From: Camelus ferus
Taxonomy: Eukaryota
NCBI RefSeq assembly: GCF_009834535.1
Contig: NC_045696.1
Span: forward strand, 50,098,001 to 50,162,000
DNA length: 64,000 nucleotides
Direction: 5' to 3'
The notes below the pieces were generated by a model. That model was given only the letters and a program-made list of their open reading frames with translations, was not told the DNA's origin and did not search any database. Position numbers and translations under genes: made by a program. Of this stretch, positions 50,572 through 64,000 are shown piece by piece. Numbering within the stretch: the stretch's first letter is position 1; every line of letters begins with the position of its first letter.

Positions 50572-51659
50572 AATCCTCATCTCTTGGAATTTTGTAATAT
50601 TAACTAAAATTTTTTTGACTACTAGTAGCTAAGTCTTACACTTGATAAATATGTACATAGTTCCTCTTAATTTATTTTTTCTTTCCTCCCACCCAAATTG
50701 CATGTTCCTACCAAGCAGAAATCATGAACTACACATCTTTTTTGTCCTTCCTCAGGCTTGTTATAGAATCAGAGACTTGGAATGCAAGCATCATAAGAGA
50801 AGCAAATGACCATCCAGCCCTGGTATGGCATATAGGTTTTGTCTTGAAGACAAATTCTAATCAACAGAACTGGTTTCTTAGAATGTCATGGAGAACTCTC
50901 TGTAAATACTGTCATGGGCACAATAAGAAGGATAGCTCTACTGACAATTTTTTTATTTTGATCTTCATTTTTCATTTGAAAAGTTGGTACCCAGAGAGGT
51001 TAAGGTAAATGCCTCATACACAAACCATTCAACGGTTTCCCTAATGTCTATTAAAAATACTCCAAATCTGATAGCCTGGTAATTAAGACCCACAATTGCT
51101 TTCATAGTGCTAGGAACAGAGGAGATACAATAATATGTTAGTCTTTAATTATTTTCGGAAATGAAGATTTCATTTATGCTCTTAATTTTTTTTTCCAGAG
51201 GCCATTCCAAGCATCTCATTTCTCTGCCAACCAGAGGCATAGCTACACCTAACATCTTGAATCAGCTTCTTCCCAACACATACACAGATGGATGGTTTAA
51301 CCTGGGGATAGGTTTAAGGGAATATAAGTCTGGAGACTGAAACAGGACTAGAACATTAAGGGGAGACCAAACTTAGGACAAAAGGACCTTTAGAGAAGAT
51401 TAATGCAAAATCTAGTCTAAAAATGTCTGTTTGGTCAGACTTTGAATAAGTAATCAGAAGTAATTCTATAAGCAAGCTTTGAACATTGAGATGGTAGATA
51501 TATAAAGTAGCAATAGGAACACAGGCATGGAAGGCCATTGAATAAGAGTAGAAATTCCATATCCTTGGTACTAGGAAATAAGGGGAGATTGTATTGAGAA
51601 ATTAGTTTAACCAGATTATAACTGAATTTTAAAAACAGTAATATCAATTTAATTAAAAT

Positions 51660-51950
51660 AATTGATTAAATAAATTCCTATGTGTAACATTTATTTAAAA
51701 CAAATGTTCACCATTTAAAACAAATACATACATATAGATGAAGTCTACAACCCCTGCCTTCAAGATGTGGGTGGATGAAGGAGTCAGGCTGCTCTCAAGA
51801 CACAAAGAATTATAATCCAAAATGCTGAGGAAGCACAGAATGAGGTATAAATCTCATGTAGGAAAATCCATGGAAGAACTTAAAAAGAAAGTGAGAATTA
51901 AATTATTAAATGAATAGGAATTGTCCCTATGCAAAATGGTGGAAAGCAAT
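51660..51950 (-). mobile_element. L2 fragment, degenerate
   Basis: CCCCTGCCTTCAAG..ATGCTGAGGAAGCACAGA..AATGAATAGGAATT. Confidence 0.45.
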
Positions 51951-52896
51951 GTCAGTAATCTCCTAGAGCTACCAGACGTCTAATTGAGACAAAGCGAGTG
52001 TTAATCAGTTTGTTACAGTTATCCATCTGGTATGTTCCACTCACTTGTGTAATCTACTTGATCCCTTTAGAATTTTAGAAACTAGTATTTAATCTCCATG
52101 ATTCCTGCAATGTATACATAAAGATTTTTTTTACATATTTTATAACACTTCGCCTTTACTTTAAAAACACATTTCCAGTTGATTTCTAGGTGTTATCAGG
52201 CTTACAGTTACATAGTCTATGAAGTCTGATAATTTTGATTCTTTTAATTTGTTTTGCTTCAGTGGTCAGATTTAGAAATAGTTTTTAATAGAAAAAGCAA
52301 TACTTTCAATTTGCAGCTTGAATTTCAGAATTCTTAACATCTTTAATTTTGTACCTGTGTTAAATTTTGCTGTGCGGGAAAGCTTTATTTCTAAGTATAT
52401 TAACATAGTTACATGTTTATCTTATACCATATACATATTATTTTTAAAATAACAATATTAATATATTTATGAAAAATACCAAATACAGATTTGTTCTTAT
52501 AATGTATCTCTCCAGGGATATATAATTAAAATGCTAATAAAAGTCACTTATCATAATTATTCTACCTGCACGCCCTTTGTGTCCTATACTCATGCCTCAT
52601 CTCTGGTCACTGTTATTTGGATTACTGACCTCCCGATTTTAACCTGCCCACTTTGGGACCCTCCTATTATACATACTTACCTTAAATGGCCATTTTATGA
52701 TTTGTCATTGACATCAGCATGTATACGATCTTCTCCAATGTAGTTTCAGAACCTTACCTAGTCCTAATCCCTTCCTTCTGCTAATGAGCCAGAACTGATA
52801 ACTGATAAATGTAGAACCTTCCAAATGAGTCTGTCAATGTGAACTGGCTTCCTGCCACACCTGACTCCTGGTGGGGAGATGTGAGTTCATAATGGC

Positions 52897-53033
52897 TAAG
52901 TGGATCACAAGCTTCACGAATCACCTGAGTGATATTGTGAAAATACAGATTCTTAAGCCTGAGGTTCTGCGTTTCTGATGACTCCCAGGGGTTGTCTATC
53001 TTACTAATTTGGGGACTATCTTTTGAATAGCAA
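52897..53033. mobile_element. MER5-like element, internally deleted
   Basis: GAATCACCTGAG..TTGTGAAAATACAGATTCT..CTCCCAGG..TTTGAATAGCAAG. Confidence 0.6.
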
Positions 53034-56000
53034 GGGAGTAGATGACAACAGGCTTCAGAATCATGGAAAGTCATTAAATTATCTACATATTTTTTTCTTA
53101 TATTTTATTAATGAAATAAGTCATGTAGATAACACTAAAATAGATTTGGGATGTACATATAGAACTCTGATGCCTTTTATTAAGAAGGAATAAAAACATA
53201 ATTTATGGTTTTGGCAGCATGGTACAAATATAAATTATTTACAGAGGTGAAATCATTATCAACATTACCTTTACAGTAGGACATGCTATGAATATTCTCA
53301 ACAATAGACAGAAATGTTGTGTTGTTCAAATTCAAAAGAATCATGAAGGTACTGTTTAGCTTTGTGTGTTCTGATAAGAACAGCTAAATGTGTCCTTCCC
53401 TTACTTCCTGTTTCTATTTTTAAGAATACTACAGCAGCTGTTTTAATACATCTTTTGTATGTTAGTTGCCCAAAATGCATCTTGGCTGCAAGAGTCTTCC
53501 TAGAATTGACTGCTCAAAATTCTAGGTGTAATGATACCATACTGGCTAGGTGACGGTGACTCCAAAACAGCTCCCCCCGCAACCCCAATCCAACGGGGCG
53601 AAAGTCTTAAATGCCAGTGTTACATAAGAAAAACTCTGCCACCAAAGCTCAGCTTTGTCTTTTGATGACAAAAACTTTTATGGGGTGTCATACTCCCAGC
53701 CCCATAACTTAATACATTATTTTCATACATTTTCTTTAATGATTCATTTCCTCTAGAATTTTGAGATTCTTCAAGCAAACTGAAATGGAATGTCAGGGTT
53801 TTTCCGTTTCTCTTTTTACCATTTCTGTAAGTCACTACCCTTCTTTCTGTATACTAACTCAATACCCCCCACCCTCTCTCTCACACACACATACCCCACA
53901 TTCATTTGTGCAGCAGCTGACGTATTCGCTCAAATGGATCCCAGCATTTGCTATTCACTTTGTAAGAGGTCTATTACACTGTTTAGTAGGAGAACCTGAG
54001 AATCCTAATATCCTCAAGCTGTTGAACAATGCTATGGGCTATTTTTGAAGTAATTAGACTCAGGCACTCTGGAAATGCAGATAATCTGAAACTATCTCTT
54101 CTTGCTCTTAAGTGGCTATAACCTTATCATTTAAAAATAAATGGTTATCAAACTGCACTACTTCACTATTGCATGATTTTTCCCTATTCTTTAGTAAGAG
54201 GAACAACAAGATACAGTCGTGGTGAATGAAAATGTGTTGACTCATACTGGCCAACTAAATACCCTGGCTCATCTCCGTTCCATTAATTGCACTTTTATTT
54301 TGCTATCAGGTCAATAATGCGGCAGCTTAAACCATTACTGTGCACTTGCTTGCCTATACCTGTTATCACTGATTTTTTACACTGTTAGACATCCACAAAT
54401 ATATTAATTCAGCAGCATTATGTCACATTCATACATATTAGTCTATGTTACCCAAACACTGAGTCACCACTGTGTTTAAAAATGCATCATATATTAATTG
54501 CTCTACTACTATTTCTATTTGCTTAGCAATCTAACAGGGTAGATACAAGCATTCATTTGTCAGGCGTGGGGAACATCTACTCTATAGATATATTCCATAT
54601 CTTTTTTGTATGGTTCATTCTTTCCATTCTTTTCTTATATCATCAAGTCTAAAATGATTTCTCCTTTACATTTAAAAAACTCCAATATTAGATTGATAAA
54701 GGAAAATTTCTTATTACGGGAGATTGACTGGGAATAAACACTATCATTCCTGAATGTGTGGATAGTTAGTCAAACTGGGACATTCTTTTTCAAGAATGTA
54801 TAGTAAACTGATCCAGACAATACAAACCTCTCTCCCCTACATGTGTCTCTGATAGCCCCAAAGAAAATACTGAGTTTGTGTACCAGATAAAATGTGGCTG
54901 ATTTTAAATATTCTGCTGCCCTGCTATTCATATCATTCAGTTTAGGACAGAGGATTTTTGTTGTCCAAGGCTATAGTATAAAAAGCTCCCAAAGAAGTTT
55001 CTGGGAGAAATTTTAGTCATTTGGCCAATGGTCCTGTAAGACTCAAGCATCAACATGAACCTCCTTAAAATGAAACTTCTCAGGTCAGGAAATAGTATTT
55101 GACCTCCTGTTTGTTTCAGATAATGCTGTTAACTGGCAGATCGTTTAATAATCACCAGTGGGAGATCAGGGCCAGACTTATCTCCTCATGCATACGGCTG
55201 CATTTTTTGTAGGTGTTTCGTGTAGACTTCCTGCCTGTCTTGGGTTCATTCCCTTAACCAATGTCCTCTTTGTTTTCTTTCAGACAAGGGTTAAGATATA
55301 CCCCAGACTCTTTCTGGACCCTGATCCCAGGGTTATTATCATAAATTTCAGTTTCTGATAACAGTGTTTGGGAATTTTGCCTGGTGCCAACTTCAGTTTG
55401 CTCACTCCTAAAGGGCTGGGGAACCTCAACCTAACAGAGAAAAGGTTGCTTTAACTACTACCAAAGGATGTGAGAGCGCACAATCGTCAGCAGACTATTA
55501 GTATAGGCCAAGCTGAGTCGGTATACATCGAGAGAAATAATCTACTCTTCCTCACAAATGCTGTTGACATCTTTTTTTTTTTTTTTTTTTTTTAGCAGAT
55601 TCTCACATATTAAAGGGTCAAAGGCTTAAGGAACCCTAGTTTTCCCAAATATTTATTTTGTGCTTCATTATTGGTCACTTTTGAGGTCACACAACACTTT
55701 TCAATCCCTCTTCAAGATGAAAAGCACAGCCCAAATTAATGAGAAAAGAATATATCCCATAAGAACTTCAGGCAACTTGTAGTATAATGGGTAGCATTAA
55801 CAAAGTCCAGGATGAAGTAATTAAAGCAGAACAGATACCCTCTTAGGAGGCAGAAAGAATAAATATTATGAATTAGCCAAGGTATAGTATTATGATTTGA
55901 AATCTGGAACTGAAAATTGCTGTCAGTTTGGTATGGGTAGGCAAAGCTTAGAAAAAGTTCTAAAATATTCTGATAATGATTTCTATCACAAGACAATTCT

Positions 56001-59000
56001 TACACTTTCAAATGGAGGCAAATATCTTAAAGCTTCTGAGAAAGAGGTAAACTTAGGGAAACTAAAAATAATGGGTCCTAATTTTTTTTTACTCTTTTCA
56101 ACTGTTTGTTAGCCATTCCTAGCTATTCAAGGGACCCAGCCGGTAAAAATGAAGGTATCACATTGATGCTAAGGATTGTTATTTCCATTTTTTAAGTCAG
56201 GTTTTGCCAGTCAATTTATGTTCTTCAAGTCTGGCCTAACTGCTGTAAGCTATCGGGTGCACGGCCTTTGATAGCCCACATGCCTTCCCGGGTCCTTGTC
56301 ATCCTCCCTGCATGTGTTCAGAGTTCTACCACACAAGCCTGTCTGGCTCACCATCCCGGCAAACTCGGTGTTAACCGCTGAGCACATTGCCTCCCTCTGA
56401 GGGGAGGGGCTGCCCAGGAGGTAACACCAAGGCTGAATGACTGAAAGGAGGCAAGGATTGCCTTAACCTTCCGTCTCTTGGCTCAGATGGAAAGAGCCTC
56501 AAAGGAGCCTGGAGCACTGGCGAAGACGACTGTCATGTGATCTAATAAACAGCCGTAACTCTTTAATGGATCAGCGAGGTCCCTGAGGTACTTTTCGGTC
56601 TATATAGTCTGTCAACTCAGTTACCTGGATCCTTTCCCAAAAGATGGCTGGCTTCCATGGAAAACTTTGTAGAGTAGATGGGTAAAAGAAAACATGGTGC
56701 CCCATGCTGAACCTATCTTGTGGCACCTTAATCAAAGTGGGTGGATGCCACGAGGCTGGTGCTGGTGAAGCAGTTATCTTACTCTGTATATATTTGTATG
56801 GCACTTTACAGTTTATAAAGCACATTTTTAAAAAATATACAATTCACCAATTTATAGTTACACAAACACTTTTATACCCTCAAAAGACACTGTGGAATAG
56901 GATTAGAACTTTGGCTTTTATATGTACCTGCCATATTTTTACCAGTTCCTTTCTCTACTTTGGATTTCTATTCCACTGATTCCCATACAACTTCCTTAAC
57001 AAATCTTTAGTCTCAAAGATCTAATATGGCATCTCTTTGATTATTTTCTGAAATGTCTGACAATTCAAATGGGACAAAACTGGGCATTTCTGTGAAAGAC
57101 ATGAACAACTTAAAATTTCCAAATCATTGCACACACAGAAAAACCCCTCTTGAATTCAACTTCAAATTATTAACAATTCATCCAGCTTACACAGGAAAAA
57201 TATGGACTTTATTTTAACCAACCTGGGTTTTACCAGCCCAGTAAATTATTTAGATTATTGTTTTAAGTGGTGTCATAGCTCTTAGGCCTGATTGTAACCA
57301 AATGTAATTTATTGTTGTTGTTCACTATAGGAAGAAAGGAAATCATATTTATGAAAATTGCCCTACTTGAAGAAACAAAACCTTAGCACCCAACACAGTG
57401 TTGCCTACTGATGCTTACAAAAAATCTAACACAAGCTTATCAAGTTGAATTTATTTAGTTTGATTTAAAATTAGGTAAACTGGTGGGGAATGCGAAGTGA
57501 AATTTAATATTATATAGAAGTATTGGCTATATCTGCTTCTGGCATTTCTGGAAATTCCAAGAAGTCTGCTACATTTTTATCTCTACTCTTCTTAACAGAA
57601 ATACACACACACACAAAAGTTCCTTTGCAGTGCCTCATTTATATGACAATCTATTTTTAACCAAAGAGCTTCGTAAAATTCTTTTTCAAAAATGCATTGC
57701 CTCCTCTTGCATTCTATTTTGAGTTCTAATATTTACAGAGCATTGAACTCAAAAGGAAGGCCTACATTTATATTCCAAGAACTTGTGGGAAAACTTTGCA
57801 CTGCCTCCAAAACTCCCTTTCCTTTGTCCGGGATGTCTCTTCCTTGCTGAGCCTATACACGTCACGCAGGACTTTCGAGAAGTAACTAGACTTACAATCA
57901 TGGTTCTTTATCTGATAGTGTGATTTATAAAGAAATCACACTTCATTTTATGAGGTTATTTATGATTCATTCTTTAATTAATTCCTGACTCTCTTCCAGA
58001 AAGACTTTAAGGCATTTTTATGAGAATAAATGAATAGCCTGAAGCCATGTAACAGGCCAAGAATAGAGGCAAGGTTACACCACTCAGTCTCTGACTTTTC
58101 TGCTTAGGTTCTACACTACCATTCAAGTCCTTCCAAAAGACCATTTATTATGAGACTTGTTAATCCTGAAGAGCTTTTGCTGCAGACAAAGGTAAATGTA
58201 AAATAAGCACATTTTAAAAGTATATCAGTATATATAGCACTTAGAACAGTGCCACACACGTGGTAAGTGTTACGCAGACTCATTAAATTTTTTGAAGGTA
58301 TACAAATATTAGCATAGTATAACAGAGATTGCATTTGTTTTAACAGCTAAACCGAACATACCAGGTTAATTTCCCTTCCTGTTGTGTCAGAAGGTTTTTC
58401 TTGTTCCCCTGGAATTCAAAAAGAAAAATAAGAAACCAAAAGAGGTAAACGAACAGCACAAAATAAAATTCATCCTCAATTCCCTGCAAGTTATGGTCGT
58501 GGGAAGAATATGGGCTATGGAATCAGATCACTAGGTTGAAATTCGGTCCCTAGGCAGAGGTGGGACGCCCTCCCCACCCATGCTCACCCACTCGCACGCC
58601 ACTGATAGCATTATTGCTAGTTTGGGCTTGTTTATTTGCTGTGACTAGTGTGGCACTCACACCTTAGCTTGTGAGAATCCATGCTGCCCATTTTGTTCCT
58701 TGGTTCTTCACTTCTCACTCCAGTGTATCCAAGAGGAAGGGGCAGGGTCTAGCACATCATTTTTAAGAGCCTGGAAATCCTTGTTCTGGGGACATTCTGC
58801 ACTCAATGCCACACACACGGCTGTCCTCTCACCTACATCATCAGGATCTCCTACTGCCTAGTTCACTTTCGAAAGAGGCTTGGAGTGGCAGAGGTGGAGC
58901 TGGAATTACAGAGGATTCCCTTGGGATCCCGAGAAGGGTTCTCGGCTCCGGAAGTCCTCACCACAGAACACCAGAAGCACTTTTGCTCAGACAAGGCTTT

Positions 59001-60289
59001 CTCTTATGGCAGAAATAAGGGTTGCTCTGTCCAGCTTAGTTTCTATAGCTACACAGTGGCTGCTTTTGTGGGAAAAGGGATTCGATGAGATGGCAGAGGG
59101 GAAAAAGGAAAGCGAGAGCACAGAGGTGGTTCAGACCAGAGACAGACCAAGATTCGCCATACATCTCTCTCTTACCGTGTTTAGGTGTTCGCTAGTGACA
59201 TCCAGTGAATTCTTACAAAAGCAGAAAAGAATTGTTTTCCAAATATCATACCGTTCCCATCATAGCCAAACCCACGTTTTTCAAATGCATTATTGTCGAA
59301 TGAGGTTTCAGTTCAAGCATGTCTTTATGGCAGCAGTAAGTACAGACATGATGAGTTTCCTCTGGGAACACTAGATTTTCATTTAGATGGGGGTGTGGAT
59401 GACTGGGATGCTATGATGCTGCTGTGAAAAACAGGGCGAGACAAACTAACTCAAATTACACATATTGATCTGAGAGATTATTTCCACATTCTTAAAGTTT
59501 ATAAGAGCTCTTCCTAAGATTGACACAGTAGCATGAGTAAGTCCCAACAATATGCTCTCCTCAGCACAGCTCTTGGCTGGAACACTGTGCTGTGGTGAGC
59601 ATACCTTATCATGACTAGAGGAGACCTGAATTAATCTAATTCACTTTTTGGTGGAAAGATGAGTTGTCCCTTAGGAAATCATTGTCCATAGTTTACAGCA
59701 GAATATTGTGGGAAATAAAAACAACAGAAACCAACCAAAAAAATCTATCTTCCCTTGTTACTGAACCCTAAAAGTGTGGCACAGAGCAGCAGAGAGAAGA
59801 TGGAACCCACCTCGGTGCTTCTAAGGCAGCAGAATGGGAAGAAACAGGTAATGAGTAGAGGCAAACTTCTCAAAGGAAGCAAACTATAAAGGACCCGTTG
59901 TCTGTCTGCCATCTCCTCCTGGGAGGGTGGTCCTGAGGCATTCCTTGTGTCTGAAATGGTAGTCAATATTAAGACAGCTAGGAAAGATGGGATGTGTTAG
60001 GCAACACGCTTTGAATTGTCAGAACCTGAACGGAGTTCCAGCTGATGCCTCTGTGTCCCGTTCAGGAGGCTTTCCCCAAGAACCCCTGGTCTCCGTACTC
60101 TCACCCACCTCTTGCTTTATTCCTGAGCATATGTGGGTGACTCTGAGTTATAATTTATATTTTGAAAATAGATTTAAAAGTTTATCTATTAGATAAAAAA
60201 GATTAAAAAATAGATTTAAAAAGAAGATAAATAAAAGGTTTTTTATTCTTCAAAGGTTAATCCCCTGTAAAACATTATCCAAAACAGCT

Positions 60290-60515
60290 CTCAGATAGCA
60301 CTTCACTGAGCTTTTTCATTTACATTGTCTTATTTAACTTTCACATTCACCACTTCAGAAAAGGGAATAGTTTCATCCAGCTACATGCCTTGGGAAGAGT
60401 AATTGTCCTAAGACTTGCCCGAAGTCAGACAGCTATTGAGCGGCAGTGGGGACTCAAGCTACCATGTTTCTGAAACTAAATCCAAGATCTTTAACACAGT
60501 GCCCTTTCATTGTCT
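60290..60515 (-). mobile_element. MIR
   Basis: ACATTGTCTTATTTAA..GACTTGCCCGAAGTCAGACAGCTATTGAGCGGCAG..GACTCAAGC. Confidence 0.7.
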
Positions 60516-60654
60516 CATAACTCTGATATCTCCGAACGCCAAATACTTTTGGTATCTCCAGATATCTATGATATTTCCAGATATGCTTTGCTGGGCGTGC
60601 AGCTGGTGTGCATCACTACTGGTCAATCTTCATGTGCATTAAGGCCCTGATTAT

Positions 60655-60765
60655 CCATGGTAGGTTGCAACTTAGTAGTGGGTCATGAAACAATTTAATG
60701 GATAACCCATAATATTTTTAAAAATTGAAACATAATAGAGTAGAAAATATCAGGATTCATCACAC
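60655..60765. mobile_element. Probable hAT-type DNA transposon fragment
   Basis: GGTTGCAAC..TAGTGGGTCATGAAACAATTTAATGG..ATAGAGTAGAAAATATCAG..CATCACAC recalled from an old MER family; exact name uncertain. Confidence 0.55.
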
Positions 60766-62439
60766 ATCTTTAAATTTTGTACTTGTGTTAAATTTTTTTT
60801 TATCAGGAAAGCTTTATTTCTAAATATACTAACATAGTTATAAACCCCTCCCCATATACTTGGTTTTGGGGTAAAAGTGGTCAGGAGCTACTGGATCTGG
60901 GCATAAAGTGGTTTGATAATGTAGTTTTAACAAATGCTGTATTGTTCACGCCACAGCTGCTGTTTATGCTGGGCGAGCAGCCAAGTCATTGCCAAGATTG
61001 ACAGACTCAGCTGTCTGGGGGAGGGGAACGGATAGCAATAGGGACTAAGGGTTCCACAAAAGATAACCTAATGCAGACAAATCCACTCAGTTAAGAAGAT
61101 ACAACTTGTATGATTTCTCTGACCGCCCAACAAGCTAGTTTCCTTAATTTTACTTGGCAAGTTTGATACTTACTTGTAAGGTGTTCTGAATTATTTTGAG
61201 TCCATTCTGAAATAGAAAAACAAGATAAAGAATCAAAATTGGTTGTGAAAACAATGAGGGTTATACTCAAGTTTGTCTGAAATCAGAGCTAGTCCCTGAA
61301 AGGACTCCTGCATTTATGTACTAACAGAGTCCAGCAATCCAGCTCAAAGGCAATTTGAGAAATTTGTAGACCATCACAAGACCATGGACACAAAGTAAAT
61401 CCCTGGGTTTATTTTGAGTCTCAAAGAAAAACTGTATAAATAAAACACAACCTTCCTCTGTCTGCTTTGATTCCCTTTTCTGCACTCCTTAAGCATAAGA
61501 ACACAATTCAGCCTGTATGACACCTTTTGAAATAACAAGGTGCATATTCAACAGGTGCTCCAAGCAAATGTAGGAAGTTATGAGGAAAGAGTGCTTTTGA
61601 TGACGTGGTGGGAACTAATTCTAAAACAAAGATTGTGTCTCTCACTTCCTGCTTACTCATCCACCCCCACTTTCCTGCTAACATGATCACCACCTGCCTT
61701 TGTGAAGCTCCTAATCAGGGACTGACCAAAGGCAGGTTGGAAAGGACCAGTGTATGTGTCAGTGATTGCTCAGTCAACTGTCCCCTTGGGACTAGGTTCT
61801 GCAAAGTGTTTTTCTTCCTTCTGAGAGATAACTGCTTTCCCAACAGCAACCCCCACTTTAAAAAAAAATCATATAATAATTTATTCTAAGGGTTTTTACA
61901 AAACACTTCATGAAAATTATACATACTTAGGAAGTACAGTATAATTTCACAGTTTACATTCTAATTAAAACTTGAACATAAAAAGCAAAAGAGAGTCATG
62001 AACCAAAGCAGGAAAATTCCCAATACCACCTTAGAAGGATATTTCAAGAGGAGACAATGAAAGACTTTCTATCATACCTCCAAAATTTATTTACCAAAAC
62101 CATGGCCCTTAAATACCGTTTCAGAGTACATTTTTCTCCTCAACTCACGCTCAATTTATTAAGTACTCCGTGGTACAGAAAGAAAATTTTTCTTTGACAC
62201 TTTCCCTGTTATGTTTGTTTTCATTACTTCATGAAAGGAAAATCCACACCCAGTTCAAAGACAATTTCTAAGTAATTCATTTGACTGTTGGAAAGCCAGC
62301 AGGGATGATCTAGAGAAATATGACAGTTCCTGCTTGCCAGGATATCATAAGCCTTCATACTATAAAAGGCAGTTCCCGCATTTCTACAGTACAAGGAAAT
62401 CTGTGATAAATGAGAGGCAAAGACCTCAAATGGCATAAA

Positions 62440-62835
62440 AATGAACAGAAAAGACAAACCACTTCCACTAGGGTAAACACAGAAGGCTTCACTGAGAACT
62501 AGGAAATGAGCTGGGCTTGACAGGACAGGTAGTATTTTGATAGGTGGACACAGATAAATGGGTGCTAGAAGAACCATGGTGAAGACATGAAACGGCTAGT
62601 TGGACGGTTAGGCTGGAATTGAGAGGTTCTATGTGGAATCCAGAAACAATTCAGAAAGGTAGATGTGGATGGACTGTGAAAAGCCTTGAATTCTGGTCAA
62701 CAAATGTGAGCCCAATAGTGTAGGCACTGGGGATGCTCTGCAGAGGACTCAGTGAAAAAGCGGCATTATGGAAGAAGTTTATTAGGCAAATTAAGTATAC
62801 TAGGAAGATTTTGGGCTGAAATGAACCAAAAGTGA
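62440..62835 (-). mobile_element. L2 fragment
   Basis: AGAAGGCTTCACTGAG..TGAGCTGGGCTTGA..TGTGAAAAGCCTTGAAT..GTAGGCACTGGGGA. Confidence 0.7.
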
Positions 62836-62844
62836 GGAAACATT

Positions 62845-64000
62845 AAGTCCTAGCCACAGTAATCAGACAAGAAAAATAAATAAAAGGGATCCAAATTGGA
62901 AAGGAAGAAGTAAAGCTGTCACTATTTGCAAATAACATGACACTACTCATACAATATCATAAAGATGCCACAAAAAACTACTGAAGCTCATTAATGAATT
63001 CTGTAAAGTTGCAAGACAAAAACTTAGTATACTGAAATCTATTGTAGTTCTATACACTAACAACAAACTCAGAAAGAGAAATTAAGAAAATAATCCCATT
63101 TACAATGGTATTAAAGAGAATAAAATACCTAGGAATAAATCTACCTAAGGCAATAAAAGACCTGTGCTTAGAATTATAAAACACTGATGAAAGAAACTGA
63201 AGGTGACACTAGCAGATAGAAAGATACACTGTGTTCTTGAATTGGAGGAATTAATATTGTTAAAATGACCATTCTACCCAAGGCAATCTACAGATTCAAT
63301 ACATTCCTTATCAAAACACCAACGGCATTTTCCACAGAAATAGAACAAATAATTTAAAATTTTCTATGGAAACACAAAAGACCCTGAGTAACTGAAACAA
63401 TCTTGAGAAGGAAGAATGGAGCTGGAGGAAACACACTCTCTGACTTCAGACTATACCACGAAGCTAAAGTAAGCAAAACAGTATGGTACTGTCACAAAAA
63501 CAAACACATAGACCAATGGAACAGAATAAAGAGACAGAAATAAACTCACACACTTATGGTCAATTAATCTATGACAAAGGAGGCAAAACTATACAGCAGG
63601 GAAAAGATATTCTTTTCAATAGTGATGCTGGGAAAACTGGACAGCTACATGTGAAAGAATGAAATTAGAATATCCTCTAACACATATACAAAAATAAACT
63701 CAAAATGTATTAAAGACCTACATGTGAGACCAGAAACCATAAAACTCCTAGAATAAAACATTTGCAGAACACTGTTTGACATAAATTACAGCAATGTTTT
63801 TTGGACCTGTCTTCTAAGGCAAAGGAAACAAAAGCAAAAACAAACAAATAAGACCTAATAAAACTTAAAAACTTTTGCATAGCAAAGGAACCATTAACAA
63901 AACACAAAGACAACCTACTAAAAGGGAGAAAATATTTGCAAATGATATGACTGAAAAGGACTTAATATCCAAAATATGTAAACAGCTCATACAATTCAAC
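62845..64000 (+). mobile_element. 5'-truncated LINE-1 ORF2 (RT to C-terminal region), disrupted, runs off the window
   Basis: Translates [30 protein letters not shown] (FADD motif mutated) and continues with [17 protein letters not shown] and DQWNRI motifs, with stops and frameshifts. Confidence 0.95.

Noticed and set aside
55250..55290. Strong plus-strand acceptor (TCCTCTTTGTTTTCTTTCAG)
   Set aside because: No good donor seen within exon distance
58880..59374. Longest ORF in the track (164 aa)
   Set aside because: Starts at a non-ATG codon, has no recognisable domain and no supporting exon structure; an ORF of this size can occur by chance in 64 kb
62925..62936. L1 RT catalytic FADD read as FANN (two G>A changes) as an editing signature
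   Set aside because: Two changes in an already disrupted copy are too few to support a mechanism
1..64000. Host-gene orientation from repeat strand bias; CRISPR, rRNA, CpG island
   Set aside because: L1 orientations are mixed, so no intronic strand can be inferred; no spaced repeat array, rRNA-like sequence or CpG-dense region was seen

Overview
AT-rich mammalian non-coding DNA, dominated by transposable-element relics. A tRNA-derived SINE at 44545-44745 looks like the camelid SINE as I recall it, and I saw no Alu, Bov-tA, PRE-1 or CAN-SINE, so a camelid origin is inferred. I recognise no intact protein-coding gene, CpG island or structural RNA gene. The listed ORFs are chance frames or decayed L1/LTR sequence. 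The window holds L1s of several ages (two with clear target-site duplications), L2, MIR, MER5/MER20/MER53 DNA-transposon relics, MaLR/ERVL/ERV1 solo LTRs and microsatellites. The most structured part is 40.3-48.7 kb. It has a nested LTR-in-LTR cluster and a minus-strand, 3'-truncated, non-autonomous class I ERV. That ERV keeps a 5' LTR with an unusual upstream PPT/second TGAAAC start, a PBS-like site, gag-matrix and integrase-tail remnants, and a SINE insertion. Other points of interest are two internally deleted L1s (one ORF1-only, HAL1-like), a 75-bp segment present twice 8.4 kb apart, two well-formed candidate exons and a few TF-motif clusters. Repeat subfamily names come from remembered consensus sequences, not a search. 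Boundaries without a TSD are approximate.
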